A stretch of 64,000 nucleotides of DNA from Eutreptiella sp. 'Long Island Sound 2002' (taxonomy: Eukaryota; Protista; Euglenida), in contig OZ038378.1 of the NCBI GenBank assembly GCA_964036045.1, forward strand, positions 59,892,001-59,956,000. The letters are read 5' to 3'. The notes below the pieces were generated by a model. That model was not told the DNA's origin. It did no database searches and worked only from the letters and a program-made list of their open reading frames with translations. How positions within the stretch are numbered: position 1 is the first letter of the stretch; every line of letters begins with the position of its first letter. Below are positions 1-12,699 of the stretch, piece by piece. Position numbers and translations under genes: made by a program.

Positions 1-1
1 C

Positions 2-505
2 ATGTGCGGTGTCCCTAGCTGCACCATGACCGATTGTTTTGTTGCCGTTGTTTGGGTGAAAGCTGTCGAAGACCCCGCCAGCACATGTGGATGCTCTCTT
101 CCCCACGGCGAGGCCTTCTTGGACAACGTCGCCTCCACCGCTACCGCCGTGACTTGGCCACCGGGCACCACCATTGGCCCGGTGCGCATCACCAAGTCCC
201 TCCTCCACGCCTAGCACCAATGCGAACTATCCGACGTCATCGCGGCAACGGTGCGCCGCAACCCCACAATCACCGGCTTCCAACTGCGGCCCACTGCCAG
301 GGACTATGGGTTCCTTGTTGAGTCCCTAGCCACGCGCATGCCCAACGACCGTGCCCGCATCCACAACCACTACATGGTCACCCATGCGGTGGATGCCAAG
401 CCCCCCACCAACCTCCACTTCGCCTCCACCAAGCCCAACGCCGGCACCTTCACCAAGGAGGCTTTGCACAAGGACGCGGCGAAGAGGAAATTCTTCCTCC
501 TCGAC
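2..505 (+). pseudogene. Decayed coding remnant of unknown family, with one in-frame TAG
   Basis: ORFs 2-214 and 251-670 share a frame. Reading through the TAG at 212-214 gives a continuous C/G-ending-codon-rich peptide (..RITKSLLHA*HQCELSDVIAATVRRNPT..AAKRKFFLLDP). It then runs into G-run repeat DNA near 505. Confidence 0.5.
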
Positions 506-773
506 CCGCTAGGAAGGGGGGGTTCTCAGGGGGGCTCTTGGCCAAAACGGCATTTCCAAAAACGCCTTAAAATTGACGAACACCAATGTGGCGCCAACAT
601 CCTCCAAAGTAGGCCCATGATAGGTGCGGTGTTTGCTTTCAAAGTTTTTGGGTGCCATCACAAGGTGTAAGAGTAGAAACACCCTAGGAAGGGGGGAGGT
701 TCCTAGACCACCTCTCCTTGGCAGCACCCCACATTCCACAAACAACGTGCCACTAGCACGGTGACATCCTATT

Positions 774-1686
774 TCATGGTGCGGTCTCTGCAGCCACCAA
801 TTCTGCTTCTTGTGGTATGCTCTTAGTACTAGGGCTACACTTGCTTGCACGAGATCGTGCGTTGGCTAGCATGGGGGCATAATCAGTAACCGGCTCAGGT
901 GCTGCATGCCAATCGCCAAGAACGAATTTCTGTTTCACTAGATCAACTAAAACGGGCATACCTAACAAACATACATCTTTCAAAGACCAGTGGTGCTTGA
1001 AAACTAACTTTTGGTGTGAAATTGTATGCCCTCCATGAGCGACAACAAGATACACAGAACGAACAACAAACACCCCACACTTTGTGCAACGCTTGCATGA
1101 CATTATGCAATTATCACGGCGACGCATCCATGCCGGGTCTTTCCGACTCCTTTGATCAACCAATTCAGTGCTAATGGAACTCACCGTTCGAAACACACCT
1201 GCAACGCTGCTTTAGGGGGTGGTCTGTGCGTCACCCGTGAATTAGCAAAAGAGGGATCGCACATATCATGGAGATGTATGCCTTGGATGAGGGGTTGAAG
1301 GCGTTACAAAAGACGCGGGCGGTGAAGGATGAAAGTAACAAGCGGCAAAGAAAGGAGTAACAGCAACGTACAAGTGAACCATTGTGTTCTGGATTGTTTG
1401 TTGTGCCCATTGTTTTGTGCCACCCAAAATCAGGACCCCCACCAGGAAGTGCAATCAGCAAGAGGTTCCTGGTCAGTATGTATGATCTACATCCCAATTC
1501 AGTAACCCCTTTCTGGTCTGCATGTACTCTCAAGAAGTATCCCATACCTCCCGGGAACCAAAGTGGCAAACGCTTCGAAATGGGCCATTTGGGGTGAAGC
1601 GCATGTTTGTCCAACAAAGATGATCCCCTCAACAGGATAACCCTTAGTTTTTGGTTCCTGCCCCCGCCCTTGGTCCGTGTGCTCAA
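774..1686 (-). pseudogene. Decayed coding remnant with a Cys/His cluster (CIMSCKRCTKCG..HGGH..H), possibly transposon-derived
   Basis: ORFs 774-1196 and 1231-1686 on the minus strand read as fragments of protein-like sequence. No family recognised. Confidence 0.3.
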
Positions 1687-1729
1687 ACGGAAGTTGGGCC
1701 CGGGAAGGGGAGTGGGGGGTGTTCCCGCT

Positions 1730-4460
1730 ACCCCCTCCCCGGGGACACCACATGGGTGGTTTGTCGGCGCCTAGTGATCTTTGCGGATGCAAGAGGGCGC
1801 CAATAGGAGGGCAAAAGGTTTCAAGGTCGGGGCGTCCTCGGGCAAGGACGGGTGTCAAGGGCAAATTGGGGGTTTCGGCGGCGTACCCTGCCAATTTGCA
1901 AGCGTTTCTAGGGTGAAATTGGGGTGTTTAGCCTGCAACTTGTATCCTAGGTTTCTGCTTATTGCTCGGCCTCTCCCCAGTTTGTGGAGTTTCTCGTGCT
2001 CTTTGTGGTGGATACCAGGCGCCGATAGGAGTGCAATAGGTCTCAAGGTGGAGGCCGGCGGGGGCATGGAGCGGTGTCCAAGGCAAGTTGGGGGGTTTCG
2101 GGCTGTACCCGGCGAATTTTGGGGGCGCTTTTAGGGTGTTTTGGGGGGGTTTTGATTTTGCGGTTTGTATCCCCGGTTTCACCTTACGGCTCTAGTCTGC
2201 TAGGTGGTTTTTGGGGTGATTTGTGCTCTTTGTGGAGGGAAGGGGGCGCCGATATAAGTGCAACAGGTCTCAAGGTTGAGGCTGGCGGGGGCACGGAGGG
2301 GTGTCAAGGGCAAGTTCGGAGGTTCCGGGCTGTACTCGGCCAATTTGTCGCCGCTTTTAGGGGTTTTTTGGGGGGGTATTGATCTTGCGGTTGCTATCCC
2401 AGTTTTCCCTTTGCTGCTGTGGGCTGCTAGGTGGTTTGTGGGGGGTCCACTCCTCTTTGTGGAGGCAAGGGGGCTCCTATAGGCGGGCAAAAGATATCTA
2501 GCTCGGGGCTACCTCGGGCAAGGACGCGTGTCACGGGCCAAGTGGGGAGTTCTTGGGTGTACTCGGCCAATTTGGGGGCGTTTCTAGGGTAATTTGGGTG
2601 TTTATTTTGCGGTTACTATCCTACGTTTCTCATAACTACTCTAGACTGCTCGGTGGTTTGTGCAGTGTGTAGTGCTCTTTGTGGACATGCCGGGGAGCTA
2701 ATAGGTGGGCAAGAGGTCTTAAGGTTGAGGCTCTACCGGGGGCACGTAGGGTGTCAAGGGCAATTTTGGGAGTTCCGGGACGTACTCGTCAAATTTGGGA
2801 ACGTTTTCAGCGTGTTTTGGGGGCATTTCTCTTGCGGCTTGTATCCCACAGCCCTCCTTTATGCTCGGGGCTGCTAGGTGGGTTTTGGGGTGTCTAGTGC
2901 TCTTTGTGGAGGCAGCGGGGCGGCGATATGAGGGCAAAAGGGTCTCGAGGCAGGGTCAACAGCGGCACGGAGGGTGTCAAGGGCAAGTTGCCGAGTTGGG
3001 GCCGTACATGGCAAACTGGGGGGCATTTTTAGGGTGTTTTCTTTGGGCATTTTAGGGCGGTTTGCAGCCCAAGTTTTTGCTCATTTTTCTGGGTTGTTGG
3101 GCGGGTTGTGGGGTGTCGAGTGCTTTTTGTGGAGGCAAGGGGCCACCGATAGGAGGGCAAAAGGTCTGAAGGTCGTGGCCATGGGGGCCACAGGTGTCAA
3201 GGGCAAATTTGGGGGTTCCGGGCCAGACTTGGCCATTTGGGGGGCACTTTTAGGGTTTTTTTTGGGGTCTCAATCTTGCAGTTTGTATTTCACGTTTCTC
3301 CGTCTTGCTATGAGCTGCTGGGCGGGTCGTGCAGTGTCTAGTGGTGTTTGTGGAGGGAAGGGGGCGCCGATAGGAGGGCAAAGGGTCTCAATGCCGGGAC
3401 TGCCGCTGGCACGGAGTGTTGTCAAGGGCAAGTTGGGGGGGCCTGGGGTGTACTTGGCCAGTTTGCGGGTGTTCCCGGGGTGAATTTGGGGTATCTATCT
3501 TGCGGTTTGTATCCGAGGGTTCTCCTTATTGCTCCGGGCTGCTGGGTGCTTTGTGGTGTGTCTAGTGCTCTTTGTGGAGGCAGCCAGGCACCGATAGGAG
3601 ACCAACAGGTCTCAAAGTCGGTGGTACCGGGGGCACCGAGGGGTGTCCAAGGCAAGTCGGGGCGTTTCGGGCCGTACTCATATATCTTGCAGCTTGTAAG
3701 CCAGGTTTCTCTTGCATTGCTCTTGGGTGCTCGGTCGTTTTTGGGGTATCTAGTGCTCTTTGAGGAGGCAAGGGGGCCAATAGGAGGTCAAAAGGTCTAA
3801 AGGTTGGAGCTTCCTGGTGCATGGAGGGATGTGAAGGGCAAACCATAGGGTTTTGGGGCGTAGTGGGCCAATTGGGGGCATTATTTGGGTGTTTTTGGGG
3901 GGCTATTTGTGTTGCTGTTTGTATCTCGGCTTGATAAGTTCCTTGAAAAAAATACACCCGAAATATGCCCCCAAATTGGCCGAGGACGCCCGGGAACCCC
4001 ACAACTTCCCCTTGACACCCCTACGTGCCCACGGTACCGCCAACCTTGAGACTTTTTGCCCTCCTATCGGCGCCCCCTTGCCTTCACAAAGAGCACTAGA
4101 CACCCCACAACACGCCCAACAGCCCAGAGCAGAATGGACAAATGTGGGACAAAGTGCAGGATAAATACCCAAAAAAAAACACGCTAAAAGTGCCCCCAAG
4201 TTGGCCGAGTGCAACCTGGAATCCCTCAACTTGCCCTTGACATCCCTCCGTGCCCCCGGCAGCCCTGACTTTCAGACCTTTTGCCCTCCTATCAGCGCCC
4301 GTTTCCCTCCACAAAGAGCACTACTCACCCCACAAACTGCCCAAGAGCCGGGAGCCGTAAGGAGAAACGTTGGTTACAAACCGCAAGTTCAATGCCCCAA
4401 AAAGCACCCAAAAAGTGCTCCCAAATTGGCTGGATACGGCTAGAAACACGTAAATTTGCC
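1730..4460. repeat. Tandem satellite with ~223-bp unit; orientation flips near 3935
   Basis: The motif GTGCTCTTTGTGG recurs at about 1996, 2223, 2672, 2897, 3119 and 3565. Its reverse complement CACAAAGAGCAC appears at about 4086 and 4309. Confidence 0.9.
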
Positions 4461-4489
4461 CTGCATACTATGGCACATGCGTAGAATGC

Positions 4490-5067
4490 ACGCATCCTGC
4501 TTGGACATGGCGTACCTTCTCCCAAACCTCGACAATGCGCTATCATGGGCCGATGTTGTGCCATGGCAAGATGGGGTGTTCTGGTGACAGATCGGACAAC
4601 CACCATACACCGTGGCATGTCCAACCTAACGACACACTTGAACCTATTGTGTGGTGCACGGGCTGTCCCGCCCCCCGCATATGTTCCAACTCGGGGCCCA
4701 CCAACACACATGGGTCGCCATTGGTGTAGATGGCACCAATCAGTGGAATCCGGGTTATGTGCATTGGGCAGTTGGTGGCCCCAGTGGTGGGCCCCAACAC
4801 ATTGCGAAATGGTGGATGTTCGAAGGTGCGGAAGCACGGCCGGCCATGTTGAGCCAGCGGAGCGAATGTGACCTTGTTGGGTCGCAATGGCATACCTACC
4901 ATATGATGATGGAAGACTACCTGCTCGTCTGTATTTTATTCAGGCGGCCGGTAAAGCACATGTTTTGCTTGCCACCGGTGATGCCCGTGCAAAACAAAGT
5001 TCAGGGGTGTTGGTATGACACTATTGTCACAAGAACTGTGGTACCGTCCTTCATGTACCCTTTGTGA
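4490..5067 (+). pseudogene. Decayed coding remnant with a 'WVAIGVDGTN' motif, possibly an old transposase core
   Basis: One frame reads as protein across several TGA/TAA stops (..LSWADVVPWQDGVFW*QIG..HTWVAIGVDGTNQWNPGYVHW..). A hydrophobic strand followed by DG resembles the first catalytic strand of RNase-H-fold transposases, but this is weak. Confidence 0.3.
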
Positions 5068-5699
5068 AGCGTGCTTTTCAATCTAGTTTGGGTTTTTTGG
5101 CTAATTTCTGTCTCGGTTTTTGCATAGTCCTTGGCTCCTGTGCCGGGTGCCTTCTTTCTTCACTGAAAATTCCAGGGAACTATGTAGTTCCAAAATCCAA
5201 TTGGGAACCTCTTCGTCATTCACACCCCGATCCACAGAAGTTTAAATCAACACTCACATTCACACCCACATTCTTAGTGTAGACACATGATTTATGCAAA
5301 TGCGAATTTCGCTCAAGCTTCGCACAAATTTGACATGAATTTCACATGCTTTTCTCAGAACCTTACATTGCTGCCCCTTTGGACCATTGCTTTTTTCCCG
5401 CCATGTCTCACCACGTCTCATAGCTCGGCTCCCTAGCAAACCCCTCCGCCAACACCCACGCCCCCTACCTTACCTGCCCTATCCTGCAACACCACCTGGA
5501 GGAGGCCACATACTCCTTGGACGACTTGTCTTTGGGGTCCATTTTGAAGTGGCCACGGGAGCAGGCTCCGCTCTTTGCGGTAGTACGCGTTGACATATGC
5601 GGTCGGTTCAGCGTAGTCAATTCTATTGTCGCAAGGGTTGGAGCACACGCCTGTTGATCGGTTTGCAGGGAGTCATCCCAAGTATGTTAGGTCCTAGGT

Positions 5700-6820
5700 T
5701 GGTTCTGGGAGAGAAGCTTGTTTAGTCTCCTATGGGTATTATGGGGGATCATGTGCAGGGAAAAGCCCAGCGAGGCGGTGTGCAAGGTCTACCCCCTCGA
5801 TGATTTGGCAACAATACCCCTCGGTTGCGACATGATCGCTTTGCAAGACAGTGGCACTCGTGAAAATGAAGACTCCTCAACTCCCCTTCCATTGGCAGAT
5901 TTACGAAGTAAACTGGTGGGATGACCTTGGCATTACCCCCACCCATCCCCGGGTTGCCCCTAGGCACCCCTTGTCTGACCTCACCACCCCAAACCCATAC
6001 ACCAACCTCCGAGCTTGGCATGGAGGTCTGGGAACCGCCTACGCCTTCAATACGCTGCAAGCCACCTCCGTACATGTGCTGCGCCTTGCCCGATCCCTCA
6101 GCGTACACCACAGCCCATCCCCCATTGCATTATGACAGGGCCGCCCCAACTCTAGCCAATACTTTTGTGAACATGCTACATAGTGGCTACATAGTGGTTA
6201 AAAGGGCTTTTGTTTAGCACAGAGTGTGAACCAACATGGCAAAACATCAAAAAGATGTTCGAGCGTAGAGAACACGAAATCCTGAAGCATTTTGGCCACA
6301 TTTTTAATGATGAGGAACAAAGGAGGTCTCCAAACTCGCTTCAACGATGGCAATCGCAAGCCAGCACACCCCCTCGACACCCATGTGTGGGGTATGTCCG
6401 AAGAAAGCCGTTGACCGGCTACCCGGGGAAATTACCGCGGTTGGGGAATCTACCATATGCCTCCGTTAGCCAGTGTTTCCTCAGACACAGCGGCTCAGCT
6501 TGATCACACCGACACATCCTGTGACCCTTGACTCTTGGCCCCCAGTGTGCCACAAGTACCGCATCGCTGTGCAAGCCAGCTCCGCCTACCCTGAGGCCAG
6601 TAACACGCATTTCAATGAGTTGCTCCTTTACCAAGGTGATATGCTTGCTGTGGTGTATGGGTGCCTTCGGCGCCTCACTGAGCGGGCCCTCGAACACAAC
6701 AAGTCTTCATTCGTTGGGCGGCACACGCCGTTAGCAGCCCTTTTGTTATGTGGAAGGAGGCGTTTGGTGTCTTTCCCCACTTTTGGCACCTCGCAACTAC
6801 ATCATGCAGACAGTGTCTAA
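5700..6820 (+). pseudogene. Decayed, frameshifted coding remnants of unknown family
   Basis: Successive short ORFs (5718-5924, 5851-6135, 6210-6503, 6473-6820) read as pieces of protein-like sequence. Confidence 0.3.
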
Positions 6821-8369
6821 AATCAGCAAATAGTGTTTGCTTGAGGCAGGCAATGTCTAAAAAAAAAAGACTACAAACCGCGATGCCCATGTGCACACGC
6901 AAAAATTTCAGTGGTCCCTTTTGGGGTAAGGGGGCTGCCGGGCCCCTTCTCAAATATTGCCACTTCATGCCTACAACATGCCAATAGTGTCTACAATTAG
7001 CACATATAGTGTCTACACATACATACCACAATTCAGTTGGTCCACGGGTAAGCGGGAGTGGTGTATAGGTAAACCTGGCATTCGGTGTGAAATGTGCATG
7101 CTGTTGCATATTGGGGGCCTTCGGCCTTCGGCCTTCGGCCCCACATGGGGCGCTACGACAGACATGGGGGGCTATGATGATGGGGGTGGGGGGCAGAGTT
7201 GTCATATACTACATAAATATACGAGTGCTCAAGGGGGGGGGTCTAGGCCAAAACGATAGGAAGTCTGCCGTTAGTGGATCCCCATAAGGGTCGCAGGGAG
7301 CTGGCTGAAAAACCCCCCCCCACCCTCCCTGTTGTGAATAATGAGAAATCAAGAATCAAGATCTGAGCCTTGGTTATGATGGTGATGGACTTGTGCGAAG
7401 CGATGTAGTTGGGTAGTTGGACCTAACCGTTTCAAGGTTTCAGCTTGCACTACATTGAGTGCTTCTCAACCATACAGCCTTGTTCCTAGTTGGAGTCAAG
7501 TCATAGAATGGGTATGCTGCATTTGATGTGTAGAAGCCATGTGGAAAGGCTCTCCCCTCAACTCAACGATTTGTTCACCGATAACCATCGTAAACAATCT
7601 GCGTGCACCGTGGGGCTGCTTGTTCACACCAAGTTGCAGCAATGTCTGGCGTGGGTAGTGGTCAAATCAGTGAACGGAAGGTTGGGTTAAGAGGGGCCAC
7701 TTTGCACATGGCTTCGGTACATCAAATGCAACAACTCCACCATGGATGACTTGACGTCCAACATACAATATGGTGGAGGAATAGAGCGAGCAAGTCTGAG
7801 ACACTTGCGATGGAGCCTAGTTGGCAACAAGGCTGAAGCTTGAAAATTTTAGATGTTGGCCATTGGTGCTCAAAAAAGTGGTTTTGGTCACATGACCCAT
7901 AACTTTCTGAAATGGCCCCTTCCTAAAGATTTCAAAAAGGTATAACATCCCCCCACATCCCCCCCCCCCCCCACACACTAGCACAACATTTTTGAGAAAA
8001 TGGCCAAAAACTGAAAAGTCACCAACTTTGTGTTGGTACGCCGCACCCCCCCCTCCTACACCCATTCAACCACCTTCAAGCCAGTGGGCAAATAAGTATT
8101 GATCCTCGTTGTGAATCATTGTCCAGTCCAATTGAGGACATTTTTTGAGGAAAAGAACAAAAATAGTGCCCTGCCCTGAAAATAGTCCTCATCACAAGCC
8201 GTTTGGTCCCCCCCCCACCCCACCCTTGCCTCTCTCCCCCGGCCCCGAAAAGGAGTGCAATCCAGCTAGGCATAGACTTACTGAACCGGGGACCCCATGA
8301 CCGACTAAGGTACCACACTAACGAGCGGTGTGTTTGCAAGACTTGCATCCGCAGTGTACTGTTAAGCAT

Positions 8370-9100
8370 GTGATGTCTTTTGTTGTTTGGTCATTTGAAG
8401 ACTCCACAACAACACTCCTTGCCACCCTCCTCGACTATCGCTTGTTGATGGCCCCACATCACGAGTAGTTGTTGTTTGGGTTCACATCCTCCCAAGTTCT
8501 CCGCTGCCTGGTGATTGGTAACGTTTTTCTCCTCCTTGACCCTGGTTTATAGCTCAATGATGCAGCAGCTTTCTGTGGTTGTAAATGCTTGTGTCCATTT
8601 GCATGCCTAGTGCGCTGATGAGTAGCACAGCAATGTGTGTATCTTCATGTATAATCTTCCTGTTCAGGGAGTGTTTCAGTTTCTGTACCCGTGATCTTTG
8701 TTGACCAAACATGGGTTTCCATTCTCGCCAACTCCTTTTCTCAGCCCTCTTTGGTGGGTAGGGTTGTATGGAAGATGGGGTAGGACTTCCTCAACAAGCC
8801 AAGTGTATGTTGATCACATCTAGTTTTTCCAGAGGACATCGTCAAGTCTGTCTAGCCTTTGTCAAGCAATGTCCTTCGTTTGTTGAATATGTTCCCAAAT
8901 CCTCGTGCATGGACAGTATGGTCGGACTTTTGAACAGCTGATCCTCTGGTCCTTGTTTGTTACACTTGCTTTATCTCCAAATATGTCTTTGTATTGAGCC
9001 TTGATTGGCAGTTGCGCAGTGTGCTTTACCCTCCTACTTGTCAGCCACGAGCGTTTGAGCCTGTGACATCTTGGAGTCTTCAACTATGATCCGCAATTGA
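8370..9100 (-). pseudogene. Decayed coding remnant
   Basis: The frame of ORF 8862-9083 stays protein-like past several stops towards ~8370. Confidence 0.25.
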
Positions 9101-10307
9101 GATCTAGTCACATATGAGGGGCACTGTTGCAAGGACCTCCTGCTTTTACCCCCTTCCCATGCTTCCCCACAAATAAGCTAGATCCACAACCAGATTACGC
9201 ACAACAAATGTCACTGGTCATAGGTTGTACTCTACGGTAGCCTACCAGCATTCATGGGACCTCCTAGTCCTGCCCCCCCCCCCCCCCCTGCCTTCTCTAG
9301 CACCCACCCAACCCCTGACTTTTGACAGATACGTCAACAGTTGGTCACGTCTCAACAGCCCCTGACATCCTAGTTGGCATGTGCCGACACCCACGTTGAC
9401 ACAGATTGACACTTATGTCGACACAAGGGGATATCTGCACTGGCACACACTAAGCCTTTCAATGACACCAATATTCGCACATGATAGCACTGTCGATGCG
9501 GGTGGCAATGATATATGGCAGGAGATACGTGTTGATACCCACATTGCACATGTTGACACCCACATCAATGCACATTGACACACTGGTTCACACAGGTTGA
9601 CAAAAAAAACCAGGCCTCAAGTTGCCCCTGTGACTTGTGCTGCTGTCAGGTTTTGGCTTCAGTCATGGTTAGCGCTTGCCGTGTTCAGGGTGATGGCTGA
9701 GGTAATTACACAAGCTGGTCCTTGGGGCATGGATTGGTTGATATCTGTAGGCTCTATGGTTGCGTTGCCCAAGATCTGAACAAAATGGAACAGATGATGA
9801 GCAGAATAAAGATGTCAGGTGCCGTCTCCCCTACCCGTCTGGAACACCACTGCACAAAGCACGTCAATTTGATTGCTACGGTGCCACCAATGTTAGTCGA
9901 GAGGTGGGGAACATGAAGAGTACGGTCTTCTTGTACTTGGACACCGTTCAACTCCCAAGTGTGAACAATGTGCACTACTCTGCGTGTTACCTTGCTGGAG
10001 AAGTTTTTTTTTTAAACATTGTTTAACAGAAACATTTTGCATCTCTGGATTGCAAGCCAACATTCTTGTTTATCCTTGAGAAGTGTGGTCGAACGTTGCC
10101 CAGGAACAATGAGCACTTTGCCAGTCACAATATGCTCTTTTTCATCCCATTGTTTCATTTTTGAACCGAATTATTGTTGTGATCTGTCAAATTTGCGCAT
10201 CATATCTACAGCTACGTGTCACAGATCAACAGCCTGCTGTACGCCAAAGGTGGCTCACAGGTTCCCTCCGGTGAATCCATCCCATACATTGCACGAAGTT
10301 GACCGCC

Positions 10308-12289
10308 CAGTGATGTATTAGAACGGCCGTACTCCATAGGGGAAGGGGGCCCACCGTACCCCCCCCCCCCCTGGACCCCCCTCCCCGCCCCCCTCCTCCC
10401 CTTGCAATGTTTGAGGCTGACAGCCAAAATTTCTGCTCCGGCACCAAGAGCATTTAAGCTTAAACCATTTTGGCACGCCTCTGGCAGGGACCATAGGGGG
10501 ACCCTAGGAGGAGGAGGGTCCTGGCCAAACCCGCCCCTCCCCTTCAAACCCCCCCCCTCCCCCCCTTCTAATAGCCCGCCCGCGCAGCCACCACCGCCGG
10601 CGCGCCCGGCCGGAGCCCCACGGGCGCTAGGACGCGGTCTGGGCACTGTGCGCGTACTGTGCCCTGCACACGGAGCGGCGACGTGCGCGGCGTGTGCGGC
10701 GACTGGTCAGGGCATTAAATACTGCTGCTCCCTAGGCCACGAGGGGCACCGGTTGGCGCCGGCAGCGCAACGCGCAGGGGCCAGGGCGTTGCGTGCGTGG
10801 CTCCAAGCGCCCCAGCAAGTGCCCCGGCCTGCGCCCCCCCAGGCACGGTGCTGGGCTCCCGAGGGCGGGAGTCGCCGCGGGGCTCATCAGAGGATGAGCC
10901 GCCGCAGACGCGGCGGCGCGTGCTGCCGCCGTCAGTGCTGGGGCGGAGGCGTCGGCCGCCGCGAGTCGGCTCCTCCTCCGACGACGACGAGCCACCGCGC
11001 CGGAGGCCCCCTCTTAGGGCCGGGCCATCTCTTTCCCACTCTTCCCGGGACTTCAGCCCCCACCACCCATGGGGATATGGGGGGGGAGGGGCGGTCCACG
11101 GGGGGGTGGGTCAGCCTCAGCCACAGTCCCAGCCACGGGCGAGCAGCCTCAGTGGCTCCGGCCTCATATCTCCTGGGGGGCGGTGGTTGCGTGCACCCCC
11201 GCTAGCTGCGTCGTCGGCCACGACTTCACTGCCCTCCCCCCCTCCTACTATGGGCACGTCCCGCGGCGGGGGCGGGGGGCAGGGACGGGGGCGCGCGAGC
11301 CTCGCAGACGTTTTTGGCTCCATCTCGGCCGCGCTACTTGATGCGGCGCGGGCGGATGGGTCACAGGGTGACCCACCTCCGCCCCGCGAGCGGCAGGGGG
11401 CTGCAGGGTGGCTTCGGGATGGGCAGGGTCGAGGTGCCTCCCCACCCCCCAGCGACCAGGGGCAGCAGGGTGCTGCAGGACAGGGTCTGCGGCAGCAGGG
11501 TGCTGCAGCTCTTTCTGTGGTACAGGCACGGGGGCAGCCAGGGGCTGCTGTCCTGGATCAGGGGTGTCAGGGGGCTGCAGGGTGGCCACGGGATGGGCAG
11601 GGCAGAGGTGCCTCCCCACCCCTCAGCGATCAGGGGCAGCACGGTGCTGCAGGGCGGGGTCTGGGGCAGCAGACTGCTGCGCCTCTTTCTGTGGTGCAGG
11701 CACAGGGGCAGCCAGAGGCTGTTGCCCTGGGTCAGGGGTGTCAGGGACAGGGCCAGGGTCAGGGACAGGGTGGTTCTGCTCCCCCCCCGGCGCGGCGCAG
11801 CCCACCCCCCTCCCTCCGTGGGCGGGCAGGGCGGGCGCAGGAGCGCGGCAGTGCGACACGGGGGGGCAGGGCAGCGCGCGGGGCGGACCGTCAGGGGCGC
11901 CCCGCGCAACGCAGGAATGCGGCAGCCCGTCTGCCGCCCCGCGGGGGGGGGCTCTTGAGCCTGGGCTTCACTCGGCAGGTGCAGTCATCGGGAGGGGGGA
12001 GCGCCCAACCCCCCACAGCCGCACCTGCATCTGCGGGCGCGGATGGGGGAGCGCACAGCCCGCGATCTGGGCAGGGTCGCTCCTCGGAGGATCCCACATA
12101 GGATGGAGGCCAAGGTCCTTCCGTCGCGCCGCGATACGCTAGGGGGGGCGGGGGGGGTAAGGGCCTTATATATCTGTATACAGCTGTATATAGATGAGCT
12201 CTCACCCGCTAACCCTCTGAACCCCTCAATCGCACTAGCGTCTAGGACTTGAAAAGGCGAATGCCTCCCCCCCTTCTAATACATCCCTG
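10308..12289. mobile_element. Segment bounded by 16-bp inverted repeats CAG(T/G)GATGTATTAGAA (hAT-like termini), enclosing a GC-rich ORF
   Basis: CAGTGATGTATTAGAA at 10308-10323 and TTCTAATACATCCCTG at 12274-12289 (1 mismatch). The flanking 8-mers do not match, so there is no TSD support. Confidence 0.45.
10797..12101 (+). CDS. Low-complexity G/Q/P/R-rich ORF with a duplicated 58-aa unit; probably TE-borne, function unknown
   Basis: 434-codon open frame. A 174-bp direct repeat (~11397-11570 vs ~11571-11745) encodes QGAAGW..DQGC twice. A Cys-rich stretch (CPAHGAATCAAC..CC) lies just upstream in another frame. GC-rich DNA makes long ORFs easy, so coding status is uncertain. Confidence 0.35.
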   Translation: MAPSAPASAPACAPPGTVLGSRGRESPRGSSEDEPPQTRRRVLPPSVLGRRRRPPRVGSSSDDDEPPRRRPPLRAGPSLSHSSRDFSPHHPWGYGGGGAVHGGVGQPQPQSQPRASSLSGSGLISPGGRWLRAPPLAASSATTSLPSPPPTMGTSRGGGGGQGRGRASLADVFGSISAALLDAARADGSQGDPPPPRERQGAAGWLRDGQGRGASPPPSDQGQQGAAGQGLRQQGAAALSVVQARGQPGAAVLDQGCQGAAGWPRDGQGRGASPPLSDQGQHGAAGRGLGQQTAAPLSVVQAQGQPEAVALGQGCQGQGQGQGQGGSAPPPARRSPPPSLRGRAGRAQERGSATRGGRAARGADRQGRPAQRRNAAARLPPRGGGLLSLGFTRQVQSSGGGSAQPPTAAPASAGADGGAHSPRSGQGRSSEDPT

Positions 12290-12699
12290 CACACCCGCAC
12301 AGATTGGTGGTGGTGCGATGTGTTTGCGGGGATTTGGATTTGGATTTGGGAGCTGATCTCACGGCTCACAGGATACCTGGGGTGGAGCACAATGGCTTCC
12401 CTGACGGCTCTGCATATCGGCCAGCCATGCCATGTGAGATGCACGACCCGGGCCCTCGACAGACCCTTCCCAATGCCCTTGCCCCTAGGACGGTGCCAAG
12501 GCCACACTCTGCTCGGCATGCGGAGCGCTCTCGGCTCAACCCCTAGGCCCTGCCCTAGCACCTCACGCTCTGGGGGCGCTGGGCCACCTGGACCCCGCGG
12601 CCTCTCCCGCCGCAGGCCCTGGCCCCGCCCCCACCACAGCCCCGACCGCACGTGCCCTTGCCCGTCACTGTCCCTTGCACAACCTCCCCCTCCACCCAC

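Noticed and set aside
7330-7810. Possible LTR-integrase fragment (PLPTP..W) on the minus strand
   Set aside because: A single short motif in a stop-ridden frame; no LTRs, RT or HHCC seen.
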